Source: Nymphaea colorata
Lineage: Eukaryota
Length of the DNA: 64,000 nucleotides
Assembly: GCF_008831285.2 (NCBI RefSeq)
Contig: NC_045138.2
Coordinates: forward strand, 12,648,001 to 12,712,000
Direction: 5' to 3'
The first letter of the stretch is position 1. The number at the start of each line of letters is the position of its first letter. A program made the position numbers and the translations under genes. This document shows positions 42,701-51,869 of this stretch, piece by piece. Under the pieces are notes generated by a model, which saw only the letters and a list, made by a program, of their open reading frames with translations, searched no databases and was not told where the DNA came from.

Positions 42701-43888
42701 AGATGTAAAACGACCCACATAAATCAGATTGTGTGCTATCTTGGGAACATGTAGGCTATTTTTCAGAATGAAATCAGTCCCTTGTATATTAACATGTAAG
42801 TCCCCAATGTGAGAAATAGGAAGACACTTACCGTTTCCAACCATCACGGATTCGGAGCCTGAGTATGTTTGCTTGTTCTCGAGATTGTTGCCACTGGCGA
42901 CAATATTGTTTGTTGCCCCTGTGTCTGGATACCAATATTCATCACCTGACTCTTGTAATGTTAAGGCTGAAAAAGCACGAGGATTGATATCCCAGCACGT
43001 CTTGGCTGTGTGACCCTTACGGCCACAATATTGACACTCGACAATCTTCTTGGGTGGCAGGGTAGTTTGCTGGTGGTGCGGCTGTGAAGGATTATTCGGA
43101 TGAACACTAGTCATTTGTTTGTTGAACTGATTTTGGGTCGGCTGAAGAAATTGGTTTCTACCACGACCGCCTCTTCCTTGATAATAGCCTCGACCGCGCC
43201 CACGTCCGCGGCCTCGAATGGTGTTGAAGGCTGTTATAGTAACTTGTCTTTCCATAGGCGACTCGGTAACATCATTTTTTATAAGTTGAAGACGTGTTTC
43301 TTGATTCAATAAAAGATCATAAAGCTCGACAAAACTAGGCATTTTTGTTGAGGACGTGACTATAGAAGTGATCAAACTTTCATACTTTGATGGGAGTCCA
43401 TTGAGTATGATTTGAACTAAGTCTTCACTTGGAGTGTGACAGCCAGCCGCATCAAGGGAATCAACTAGAAATTTGACTTTTTGCAAGTAAGAGGTCATGT
43501 CAGAGTTACCTTTCTTGATGAACATCAATTCTTTCTTTAATAACATGACTCGCAGTGGAGACGGGGAGCCATAAGATTTTTCCAACGCCACCCAAGCTTC
43601 TCGCGCTGAGTGAGTCCTGATTATTTGACCGAGGACAGCTTCGGAAACGGTGGCTTTGATCCAACTCAAAACCAATTGATCTAATTTTCTCCATGCGGTG
43701 AACTCATGATTGAGTTCATCTTTGTCATTTCTTGCAATCATTTCTGGTGGAGCTTCACCATATCCGTCGACAAACTTCATCAAATCTTGAGATATCATTA
43801 CAGACTCAAGTTGACTCCTCCACAGTAAATAGTTATCTCTGTTTAGCTTTACAGAGACAAGACTTGCAATTGACGACGACGATGCCAT
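39668..43888 (-). CDS. Copia gag-pol polyprotein (~1406 aa from MASSSSIASL)
   Basis: UBN2-type gag (VKLNRDNYLLW), zinc knuckle CQYCGRKGHTAKTC, protease WYPDTGAT, integrase HHCC plus DDE (LHMDVWG, QSDNGGEF, NGIVERK), RT LVYVDD, RNase H DADWAG/EAEY/CDN/ADGLTK. The stop codon lies inside the 3' LTR. Confidence 0.95.
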   Translation of the reverse strand: MASSSSIASLVSVKLNRDNYLLWRSQLESVMISQDLMKFVDGYGEAPPEMIARNDKDELNHEFTAWRKLDQLVLSWIKATVSEAVLGQIIRTHSAREAWVALEKSYGSPSPLRVMLLKKELMFIKKGNSDMTSYLQKVKFLVDSLDAAGCHTPSEDLVQIILNGLPSKYESLITSIVTSSTKMPSFVELYDLLLNQETRLQLIKNDVTESPMERQVTITAFNTIRGRGRGRGRGYYQGRGGRGRNQFLQPTQNQFNKQMTSVHPNNPSQPHHQQTTLPPKKIVECQYCGRKGHTAKTCWDINPRAFSALTLQESGDEYWYPDTGATNNIVASGNNLENKQTYSGSESVMVGNGKCLPISHIGDLHVNIQGTDFILKNSLHVPKIAHNLIYVGRFTSDNDCIFEFNPSEFMIKDHKTGAILLRGPKTSNGLYPVQVKTRPSDDIKKACVAQQIKKVRGSYEEWHRRLGHANRNIVSLLNALSYISINSPIPKKVCEHCLIGKAHKLQFPLSSFHAAKPLELLHMDVWGPAPVESKDGFKYFLLIVDNYSRFTWLFPLKNKSDVYQCFVNFKTLVENQLGTTIKTVQSDNGGEFCNNILENELENQGIMHRFSCPYTPEQNGIVERKNRHVVETGLSMLHDAQLHHRFWVEAFRTAVYIINRLPTLKLDRNSPFQMIFNQVPYYSCLRVFGSKCYPLLTLSNDNKFQPKTTPCIFIGYGSRHKGYVCLDPKSRRVIISRHVYFDEHSRGSSNTSDISLQEADLQQWASQIHSKCNITNSGQITMSDSHTESVVISPAINIEGQPSEAQTEAIHTQQDVSHVTVVPDQPSTRGSQDIITHRMVTRPTTGASPHKMVTRSMTGSLKPKTFSAQTKKGVEQEPATFKEAKSVTHWINAMRQEIDALHKNQTWNLVPQRPEYNIIDTKWIYKIKRTTDGSISRYKARLVARGFLQEAGVDYLETFSPTVKPTTIRVILTIAVQHAWSLRQLDFDNAFLNGVLNEDVYITQPEGFQDPRFPSHVCKLNKALYGLKQAPRAWYQRLSTFLSNIGFQVSQSDASLFIFHQGCEKIYILVYVDDVIITGSSDALIDQTLAKLRASFSVKDLGNLSYFLGIEVTRQPDCLIIRQGAYLSNILQKAHMTNAKPVQTPMSTGHVLGSSAPFSDPTLYRSVVGALQYLTLTRPDVAFAVNRACQYMHQPLECHWRLIKRILRYLQGTSQLGLRIQKSNHLHLSAFADADWAGSIEDRKSTGGCVTFLGNNLISWASKKQRTVARSSTEAEYKSLACAAAELLWLKALLIELGISCTGTPILWCDNIGALYLAANPVFHARTKHIEVDFHFVRDHVSKGHISINFIRSPEQVADGLTKPLGYAKFKEFRDKLSIVPATLSLRGCVKDPPRCQGEISGNQIH

Positions 43889-44360
43889 GAGATTAGTGGC
43901 AAATCGAGCGATGATAGCCTCGGTGGGTCTTCCTTGTTCAGACAAAAAAAGTAGGAGATGACACGTTCCTCGGTGAATGGGTGAACAAAAGAGAGTAACA
44001 GCACGCTCCTCGGTGAGGCTAGAAATAGCGTGTCCTTCCCCTCTCTTTTTTTTGAAAGCTAGGAAAGGACTAACAGTCGTGGCCTTCCTTTTTTTTTGTT
44101 GAGAGAAAAAGGAGGCACACGCCTCGGTGAAAGCAAAACTACTCACGGTGAGAAGGAGTTGCACAAGCAAAAAGGGAGGCACGCACCTCGGTGAAACCGT
44201 GCTGCTCCCTGCTCGATGAAGACAGGAAGCAGCAGCGCACTCCTCGGTGAAGGCCTCGGTTGGTTTCACTTGCTTGCCAAAAGCATGAAACCGCACACGC
44301 GTAGATGCAGGATGCGGAAGTCCACAGTGAAGAAACTGTGGTTGCAGTGCTCTGATACCA

Positions 44361-44785
44361 TGAAAGAAAGATGAACAGTGAGAGAGAGAGGGACGACACA
44401 AAGAATGGCTAACTCTCTTGCGTTGTTATGCAAGGGATATCTTCTCCTTTATATAGTGTGTAGCACGTTACAAGGTATGGAAAGAATACAACACTTCAAG
44501 AAATATGAGATAATTACAACCTGTAAGGAAATACACCATAACGATTGAGAGGAAGGGGAAAGAAAAGTTTGAATTCAAACTTTTCTTTCCTTAGTTGGGT
44601 TAAAGAAAAGTTTGAATTCAAACTTTTCTTTCCTTAGTTGGGTTGATCCTCCAATGACATTTTCTCCTTGCTAAGTTTAGTGGATTTGATTTCCACTATT
44701 CCTCAAGGAAGATCTTTTACGTTGCCAATGTTAGTGGATTTGATTTCCACTGATTTCTCCTTGACAACGAGGAGGATCTTTTACA
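44361..44785 (-). repeat. 5' LTR of the intact copia element, with TATA box (44448-44456) and palindromic U3
   Basis: Adjacent to the PBS. CTATATAAA on the minus strand. Palindromes at 44557-44590 and 44602-44631. Confidence 0.97.
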
Positions 44786-45681
44786 TTGAGATCCACATAG
44801 ATGCCTATGATTTTGAAATCGGCAAAAAATTGATGTAGCAGGGCCACCTAGTTGCTTTTGAAAGCTTGAAACTAAAGGAAGGAAAGAGGCACTACATGAT
44901 GCATGAGCAAGACATTACTATTTTGTGCATTGTCTTTGCATATAAAGGCATTATCTACTAAAAACTCAATTTGTTGTAAAATGAACAATATGAGCATAAG
45001 CTATTTTCATATCTAAAAGAAGTTGATCATAAAGCAAGGCTGTTAGCAAAAATTTTTGCAGAATTTGACTTTGGTTTAGAATACAAAGTGGAAGAGACCA
45101 ATGATACACTAAAGTTGGAAGACATAACTTGTTAACTTTAGTAGATACCTCTGAATCCCAACTAGAAGGTGCTCTTCTCAAGCATGTTCATGAACGAATG
45201 CAGTAGGTTCAACTTGATGGCCTTGGCTGAAATAGGGGAAGCTCACATGTTCTGCGATGGGATGGACTTCTCCTCACTAAGGGCGGACTCATGTACATGT
45301 TAAGGTGTGCCAATCTTTAGCAGGAGCTGTTGAATGAATGCTAGTACATATTGTTGGCAGGTCATCCCAATCAGGAGCTGACACTAGAACTCCTTAAATG
45401 AGGCTATTATTGGCCCCCTATGTTAGTTGATGTCGAGGCTTATGTGAAGGCATGCTTCATCTACTCGCAAGATAAGGGTACTAACGAGAAAACTATCAGC
45501 CTCTTAGAAACTCTTGTTGATTTACAGTATTCATGGGAGAGCCTCTTTATGGGTTTTATTGTGACTCTCCCAAAAGTAAATGTCTTTAGCTCTATTATTG
45601 TGGTTGTGGATAGATTTTCAAAGTATATATACAATTTTCATCTTAACCTCAAAGGAGTGTCATGTAGAAAAGGCGATGGAG

Positions 45682-46830
45682 TTGTTAGTAAAGAACATAA
45701 TGAAGTATTGGATCATAGTAAAAAATATTGTGAGTGACTGTGATACTCAATAAGAAAATTTTGACATGAAGTGTTCTGACTAAGTTATCAACCAAACAGG
45801 AATCTTGTTTAATTCAAATGGGTTTTCAACACAAAGCTCATTGATGATGACATACTTTAAAAACTCGAAGCTAGACATGTTGCATGTTAGTTTAGTTCGA
45901 TTGAAGGGCATGATTCCTTCAAAACTTTCCTCATACAATTATGCATGTAACCATTTCACTTATTCTTAACCTTGCTAGCATCAAATGATGGTCTTTTTTG
46001 CAACTTGGTGTCAAAAAATGCTTTTATCGTGCGTTTAAAGAAAATGTGTTTATGATGCAACCTCTAAACCGTAAAGACTCTCAACATCCAAATAAGGTTT
46101 GCAAAGTTCAAAAAGGCTTTATATGGATTCCAACAACCGTCACAAAGCTTGGTTCGTAAAATTAAGTACATTACTTTTTTAATGATTTTTTTCAAGTGTA
46201 GCTGATACTATGGGCCAACCATTCCTTGGTGCATGCAGTGTGACAGTCCACAAAACCACTACCTAAAGGAGCGAATAATGTGTATAGATCACTTGAAAGC
46301 TGAGTGCATATAAAAAAACAAAGTACACAAAGAAGAAAAAGGAATTTGAAATGAGTTGTTTCATTCATTTTAAAAGGTAGTGCATCGAAAAGGAATGTAA
46401 ACAAGGAGGGTAACTCGATTTTACTTACAAGAGTGCCTATAGGTGCATACATGAATTTTCTTGTTGAACGGCCAATGCAAGTAATTCGAAAACGTGACAC
46501 TTGGATTGGTGAGAGAGTATTACCTTACAAATGTACATGCTTACACAAATAGACATTACAATAAAGCTTCTACAAATGCAGACACAGGAGAACAGACACC
46601 TCATTTAAATCATATGTCATCCTCGGCGCCAGCTACTTCATGGTAGGCTTGATTATTTTCAGGTAGTGTTGCTTCATTATGACTGCATACTCCACATTGG
46701 TTGTCCATCTGCCACTTGACAAAATATTTTCTTCACCTTGCCGAGATAGTTAGTCTTTGCCAAAGGATATACTCTAATTGCATGTCTGTTTGCATGCTTT
46801 GTGTGCTTCTAATGAGAATAAGATTAGCAC
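45682..46830 (+). repeat. Copy 2 of the ~1.1-kb duplicated block
   Basis: Colinear with 36769-37905, with the same junctions and many substitutions. Confidence 0.88.
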
Positions 46831-47332
46831 CAACTGATGCAGGCTTTTCGACAGAGGTGAATATTAGATGATGCAGACTAAGGTGCTTTGGCACTTTGGC
46901 GAAAGGTTTCTGGAGCCGCTAGATATCATTACCATCCTTTCTTTGACATGGAAAATTGGAAAGAGAGCTAGTTTTTATGTTTGTATTTATTGTGGCATCA
47001 GTTCTTAAAGCAACATTTCTGTGAGGTTTTTTGTGATCGATGATATCACAAACAGTTGTTAATTAACTTGTTATTTATGTGAAATTTCTCATTTATGAGC
47101 GTCATCTAATTCATGAATATATGTACATATACGTATGTGTGTGCATCCTTGATTATTTTGACATTTTAATTATGAAGTTTATTTTAATTTTTAGGTGGAC
47201 AGGCATGAAAGAGAAAAGAGATGGAGTCAACCATATTCTAAAATCATGACTTGTATATTTCATATTTTAATTGTAATAACTTCTTTAATCTGGTAACAAT
47301 TAAAAATTTAGTTTATTTTTGTCTAGTGACTC

Positions 47333-47371
47333 GCTCTCTCTTTCTCTTTCTCTCTCTCTCTCTCTCTCTCT

Positions 47372-47448
<77 letters not shown>
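47333..47448. repeat. Compound (CT)n(AT)n microsatellite
   Basis: CT-rich run followed by an AT run. Confidence 0.95.
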
Positions 47449-47452
<4 letters not shown>

Positions 47453-49419
47453 CGATACATTGATAATAATAATAATGGTTTATGATAGGCTGATGGTTTG
47501 TGGTGGTTTCAGCAACAAGTTATCGTTGAAAAAATATGCTTTTCAACAAAAAAAAGTACTGTGACAGGCAGATTCAAGTCACCAATGGCATAAGTAGCGC
47601 AAATTGACAGTTGTACAGGATGAATTAGGAAGTGATAATCCATAATCCGATGTTATGTTTCCTACCTTTGTTCACGTTTTGCTCAATGAATTTAAGAATG
47701 AGCTAATCAGCACGTTGAACGGATCAAATCTAAATCTAAAAGCCATTTCATTAGTTCTTGCTTTGCACATTGTCAGACATGGATACATAGGTAGCACACG
47801 GCATTCACCAAGATTGAGCAACAAGGTATGCCCATTAGTTGTTTTGCTATTTTGGAAAACCGTATGCAGAAGAGCAGATTGAGATAGCATTCACCACAAC
47901 TCAGCTGAGTTCCTCAGCAGAAGAACAGAGTAGAAAAACGGTGAGATGGAAAGGTGCCAGATGGTTATTGAGGAATTGATAGAAAGAAGAAAAGAATGGC
48001 TAATGGCTATTGAGGAGGTCAGTGCATCATTTCCTGTCATTATGCCCTTGTTACTTGATTGAATTATCTATGCTGTGAGTTGCTCAGAAACCTGATGGAG
48101 CAGATATTTATCTTGGTGCCCGACTAGATGAAGCCATGGACTGTCTCTTTTTGGCGCCAGATGTTTTTCGCAACATCTTAGGGCATATATCACCTTGTAG
48201 CGATAGTGGAGCATCACTAAGGAGTTGCATTTTGACACAAATTTGCATGGGTTGAATTGTTAGAAATTTTTTTGAGCTCAAAGATTTATAACGTGCACAT
48301 TATAGTTTCAACCTTCAATTGTTTGTTTTCTTCCGATTAATGCATCAACGGTCTTGCTTATGAAGCTTGCTAATGTTAAATAATAAATGGCATTGTGTCT
48401 GAGATGGTTGAGCTGCAGACTGCTCATAGGAACAGTCCAATTCCCACCATTCAGCCATCCTTGTATTGCTTTCTCCATCATTCCGGGAACGCCTTGCCAT
48501 GTTAATAGGTGAAAGCTCTCTAGGTGTACCCATCAGCTACCATGTGTCATTACTCCTGCATTTTTCGTTCATGAAAGTCAAGAAATCAGTTGTGTCCATC
48601 TAGCTAAGTAATAATTCCTGGACTTTTAAAAAAACTAGGTCATTGGTCCTAGGAGTGTAGATGTGAACAAACAAGCGTTAACATTCACCTTGTTCGCAAT
48701 GCGCTCACCTTTTCCCTTTGGGTCTCCAAAACTTCAGAACAGAATCGCCATGCCCAACTGCTGGTAAACAGGCTTGATTAAGCATGATTTGTGAAACAAA
48801 ATTTGCCACAACAGATGTACATAGAATGTGAATTCACTGTAAAAGAGAACCTATCTTACCCGGCCTGATCACAGTTGAGCCATGTGCTTGCAGATCCTGT
48901 CAACTTCATAATAGGGCCACTTCAGTATCTTGATGCTGTACATAAACGTGCATTATTGAATTTTGGGCTTGTTTCTCAGGTCTACAAGGGGCAAACGCAT
49001 CTCAACGGGTTGTGATAGGCCACTTTCAATACCAACACAGCAAAACCAGGTTTATCATTTTTTTCACCATATCCAACTAACCATATTCCAATTACGGTTG
49101 GCATCTGAATGATACCGGCCCATTAACATGTCCAGTAATACCTTAACTCGGGTTCATCTGTTCAGAATAGCTGCAGGGAGGCAGAATGTGTCCATAGCTG
49201 CATGTGCAAGACTATTTACCCCATTGAACTACCTTATAAACAGAACAAGCACCCGTCAAAATCAGTTACCAGATTCAGATAAAAATATCGAGAAATGAGA
49301 TGAATCATTTATGTGATTTCATTTTCCTTTACTAAATATGGTGCTGCAAAACATGAATTATTTGAACCTCGAAAACAAATTAAATTGCTTATCCATCATG
49401 TTGTTCCCAGTGGAATAAT

Positions 49420-49510
49420 GATAGAGAGTCTGCAGTTTGCCACATCTTGGATCAGTCCATGCCTTTGCAATTGTCCACTTCATGTCATCACCACCTACTT
49501 CATACATGTT
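49420..49510 (-). pseudogene. Isolated C-terminal (SGS-domain) exon fragment of calcyclin-binding protein (CacyBP/SIP)
   Basis: Translates as NMYEVGGDDMKWTIAKAWTDPRCGK, which aligns without gaps to the plant CacyBP C-terminus as I recall it (NMYEDGDEEMKKTIAKAWTDARSGK). It is preceded by a polypyrimidine tract ending TTTTGCAA, likely a mutated acceptor. Confidence 0.8.
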
Positions 49511-49536
49511 TTGCAAAAGAAGATGGCCAAACAAAC

Positions 49537-49655
49537 CTTCGATGCCTCCGAGCGACCGCTTCACCTTCCTGGCGTATCACTCGTAATGCATATCCACCTT
49601 GAGAAAAACCTTTCCGTTCGTCTGCCTCTTCTTCTCTGCTTTCTTCTCTTGTTGG
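49537..49655 (-). pseudogene. Isolated HIPP/HMA-domain exon fragment with the CxxC motif destroyed
   Basis: QQEKKAEKK..KVFLKVDMHYE*YARKVKRSLGGIEG matches the HIPP motif IVLKVDMHCEGCARKVKRSL.G.EG with C>Y, G>stop and C>Y. It ends at a GAAG|GTTTGT splice donor. Confidence 0.8.
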
Positions 49656-50038
49656 CCCTGGCCGGGCAGGGGAGCAAGAAGGACAGGAGGCAGAACCCCT
49701 GCTCGCGTGAGAGAGAGAAAAGGTAGTGCCCATATGTGTTTGGCGAAGCCATCTGCAGAGCCCCCATGCATGCGATCGGCAGCGCCTGCCCACAGAGGGC
49801 TCGTGGCATGGGGAGCCTTCTGAATTAGCAAATGGTAATAAAACATAGTAATGGAAGAAAGCAAATAAAGCCACCACTCGTCGCGAGGTAACGCTGGCTA
49901 CCTAGTCTCACTAGAGCAACTACCCACATGCTCTGGTGCTCTCTTTCAGATGCTTCCTTAAGGTTTGGATTCCGGCAGCCCAACCGTCGCCGGCAGCGTC
50001 GCCGACTCTAGAAGTGGGGAAGCGGCGGCTCACCTCCA

Positions 50039-50063
50039 ACGTCACGTGTTTCTTTTTATAAAA
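50039..50063. promoter_or_regulatory. G-box/TGACG motif plus TATA box upstream of the PPR gene
   Basis: ACGTCACGTG at 50039-50048 and TATAAAA at 50057-50063. Confidence 0.45.
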
Positions 50064-50198
50064 GAATAAAAAAGAACAGTATGATTTCTGAAGATTCCGC
50101 GTTCCGCTCCGAGGCAAGCGTAGCCATCAACAAAATCATTGATGGCTTGTTTGGATGCCCGTTACAAAGGCCATGGTGCAAACCCAACTGAGGGAGCC

Positions 50199-51869
50199 AT
50201 GCAGAGTAAGCACACCCTCTTGGGCCTCCTGCAGGCATGCACTAGCCTCAAGCAAGCACAACAAACACACTGTCAAATGATAACCAAAAACCTGGCCTCG
50301 GAGACCATTCTACTCAACAAGTTGCTGTCTTTCTGTGCTATTTCTGATGATGGCTGTCTTGACTATGCCTGCACCATTTTCTCCCGCACCGATCAACCTA
50401 GTGTACTCATGTGGAATGTTATGATCAGAGGGCACTCCCTGTACAATAAACCTGAACAAACCCTCTTCTTCTTCAAGGGGATGCAGCAAGCAGGCTTGTC
50501 GCCGAACAATTATACGTACCCGTTTCTTCTCAAATCTTGTGCTCTCCTCTCGGAGACAAAACATGGAGAAGGGATCCATGGGCATGCAGTGAAGAGCGGG
50601 TTTGAGCTAGATATATTTGTTTCCAGTGCCTTGCTACATCTTTATGCTTCAAGTGAGAGGATGGAATCTGCAGAGCTTCTGTTTGTGAAAATGCCCATAA
50701 GAAATGTTGTCTCATGGACCACCATGATTGCTGGCTATGCACATTGTGGCAAGGGTGCAGACGCTATAAGAGTTTTCAAGGAGATGCAGGTGAATAACAT
50801 CCATCCTAACCATGTCACGTTAGTTAGCGTTCTTGCAGCCTGTGCACTAACGGGAGACCTGGAGATGGGGAGATTCATTCATGGTTATGTTAGGCGAAGT
50901 GGGATGCAGACGGTAACTGCTCTAGAAACCGCTCTTCTGGACATGTATGCTAAGTGTGGCAGGTTGGATGTTTCTCGTGAATTGTTCAATGAAATGCCTG
51001 ACAAAAATGTCATCTCTTGGAATGCAATTATTGGTGCATACAATCAAGCAAGACAGCACAAGGAAGCCGTAAGGCTTTTCTACAGAATGCGACTCCATAA
51101 CATCAAACCAGATAAAGTAACCTTTTCGGGCATCTTGACTGCATGTGCTCACCTTGGAGACGGAGGTTTGGGTCAAGCAATTCATGCTTATGTTACCAAG
51201 AGTAACTTCAACACGTGTGGTGCTCTTGGTACAGCTCTCATAGATATGTATTCTAAGTTAGGAGATACAGACAGTGCAGTTCAGATCTTCCACAGCATTT
51301 CGCACAAGGATGCATTTACGTGGACTGCTATGATTGCAGGATTGGCTATGCATGGACAAGGAAAAGGTGCACTTGACCTCTTCGAGGAAATGCTAAGAGA
51401 AGGGGTACACCCAGATGAAGTCACATACATGGCTGTTCTTTCTGCATGCAGTCATGCAGGACTGATACAGAAAGGCTGTGAATATTTTGATTGCATGACA
51501 ACTCTGCACAGAATCCAGCCAACCGAGGAGCATTATGGTTGCTTGGCTGATCTTCTTAGTCGTGCTGGGCTCCTTGAAGAGGCTGAGAGATTAGTGGAAT
51601 CAATACCAGTCAAACCAAATGTTGCAATATACACCGCTCTTTTGAGTGGCTGTAGGATCTACAGGAATGCAGATTTAGCCCAGCGTATTACGAAAAAGAT
51701 TGTTGAGCTCAAACCTGAAAGAGCTGGTGTCCATGTGCTACTCTCAAATGTCTATGCTAGGGAAGGTAGGTGGCAAGGTGTGAAGCTGGCCAGAAAAGTA
51801 ATGAAAGAGAAGCGAATAAAGAAGTATCCTGGATGGAGCTCGATCATCAGGGATGCTGATCGTCTATGA
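50199..51869 (+). CDS. PLS-class, E-subgroup pentatricopeptide repeat protein (no DYW); resembles Arabidopsis At3g05240/MEF19
   Basis: Intronless ORF with P-L-S repeats (VVSWTTMIAGY, ALLDMYAKCG, VISWNAIIGAY, VLSACSHAGL, EHYGCLADLLSRAG) and an E domain (VLLSNVYA..GRW..V..RK.MK...PGWS). Start placed at ATG 50199; an in-frame ATG also exists at 50142. Confidence 0.95.
   Translation: MQSKHTLLGLLQACTSLKQAQQTHCQMITKNLASETILLNKLLSFCAISDDGCLDYACTIFSRTDQPSVLMWNVMIRGHSLYNKPEQTLFFFKGMQQAGLSPNNYTYPFLLKSCALLSETKHGEGIHGHAVKSGFELDIFVSSALLHLYASSERMESAELLFVKMPIRNVVSWTTMIAGYAHCGKGADAIRVFKEMQVNNIHPNHVTLVSVLAACALTGDLEMGRFIHGYVRRSGMQTVTALETALLDMYAKCGRLDVSRELFNEMPDKNVISWNAIIGAYNQARQHKEAVRLFYRMRLHNIKPDKVTFSGILTACAHLGDGGLGQAIHAYVTKSNFNTCGALGTALIDMYSKLGDTDSAVQIFHSISHKDAFTWTAMIAGLAMHGQGKGALDLFEEMLREGVHPDEVTYMAVLSACSHAGLIQKGCEYFDCMTTLHRIQPTEEHYGCLADLLSRAGLLEEAERLVESIPVKPNVAIYTALLSGCRIYRNADLAQRITKKIVELKPERAGVHVLLSNVYAREGRWQGVKLARKVMKEKRIKKYPGWSSIIRDADRL

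Larger units (their letters stand above)
39298..44785 (-). mobile_element. Intact, young Ty1/copia LTR retrotransposon (Ale/Retrofit-like), 5488 bp
   Basis: 425-bp LTRs with TG...CA ends at 39298-39722 and 44361-44785, differing at 2 positions. 5-bp TSD TTGAG at 39293-39297 and 44786-44790. PBS TGGTATCAGAGC (tRNA-iMet) at 44349-44360 on minus. PPT GAGGGGGTG next to the 3' LTR. Single uninterrupted ORF. Confidence 0.98.
38900..45770 (+). mobile_element. Decayed Ty3/gypsy pol (RT-RNase H-integrase) split by the intact copia insertion
   Basis: Left of the copia: QEPILKL..H.KP. Right of it: EIH.DA.DF.IG..LM..GHLVAFES.KL, GYYWP.M..DVEAYVKAC, SWES..M.FI..LPKV, IIVVVDRFSKY. The frame is continuous across the TTGAG TSD. 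Confidence 0.85.

Noticed and set aside
48705..48765. VGHGDSV peptide resembling the FIE/EED WD40 motif
   Set aside because: Similarity is limited to 7 residues and the flanks do not match.
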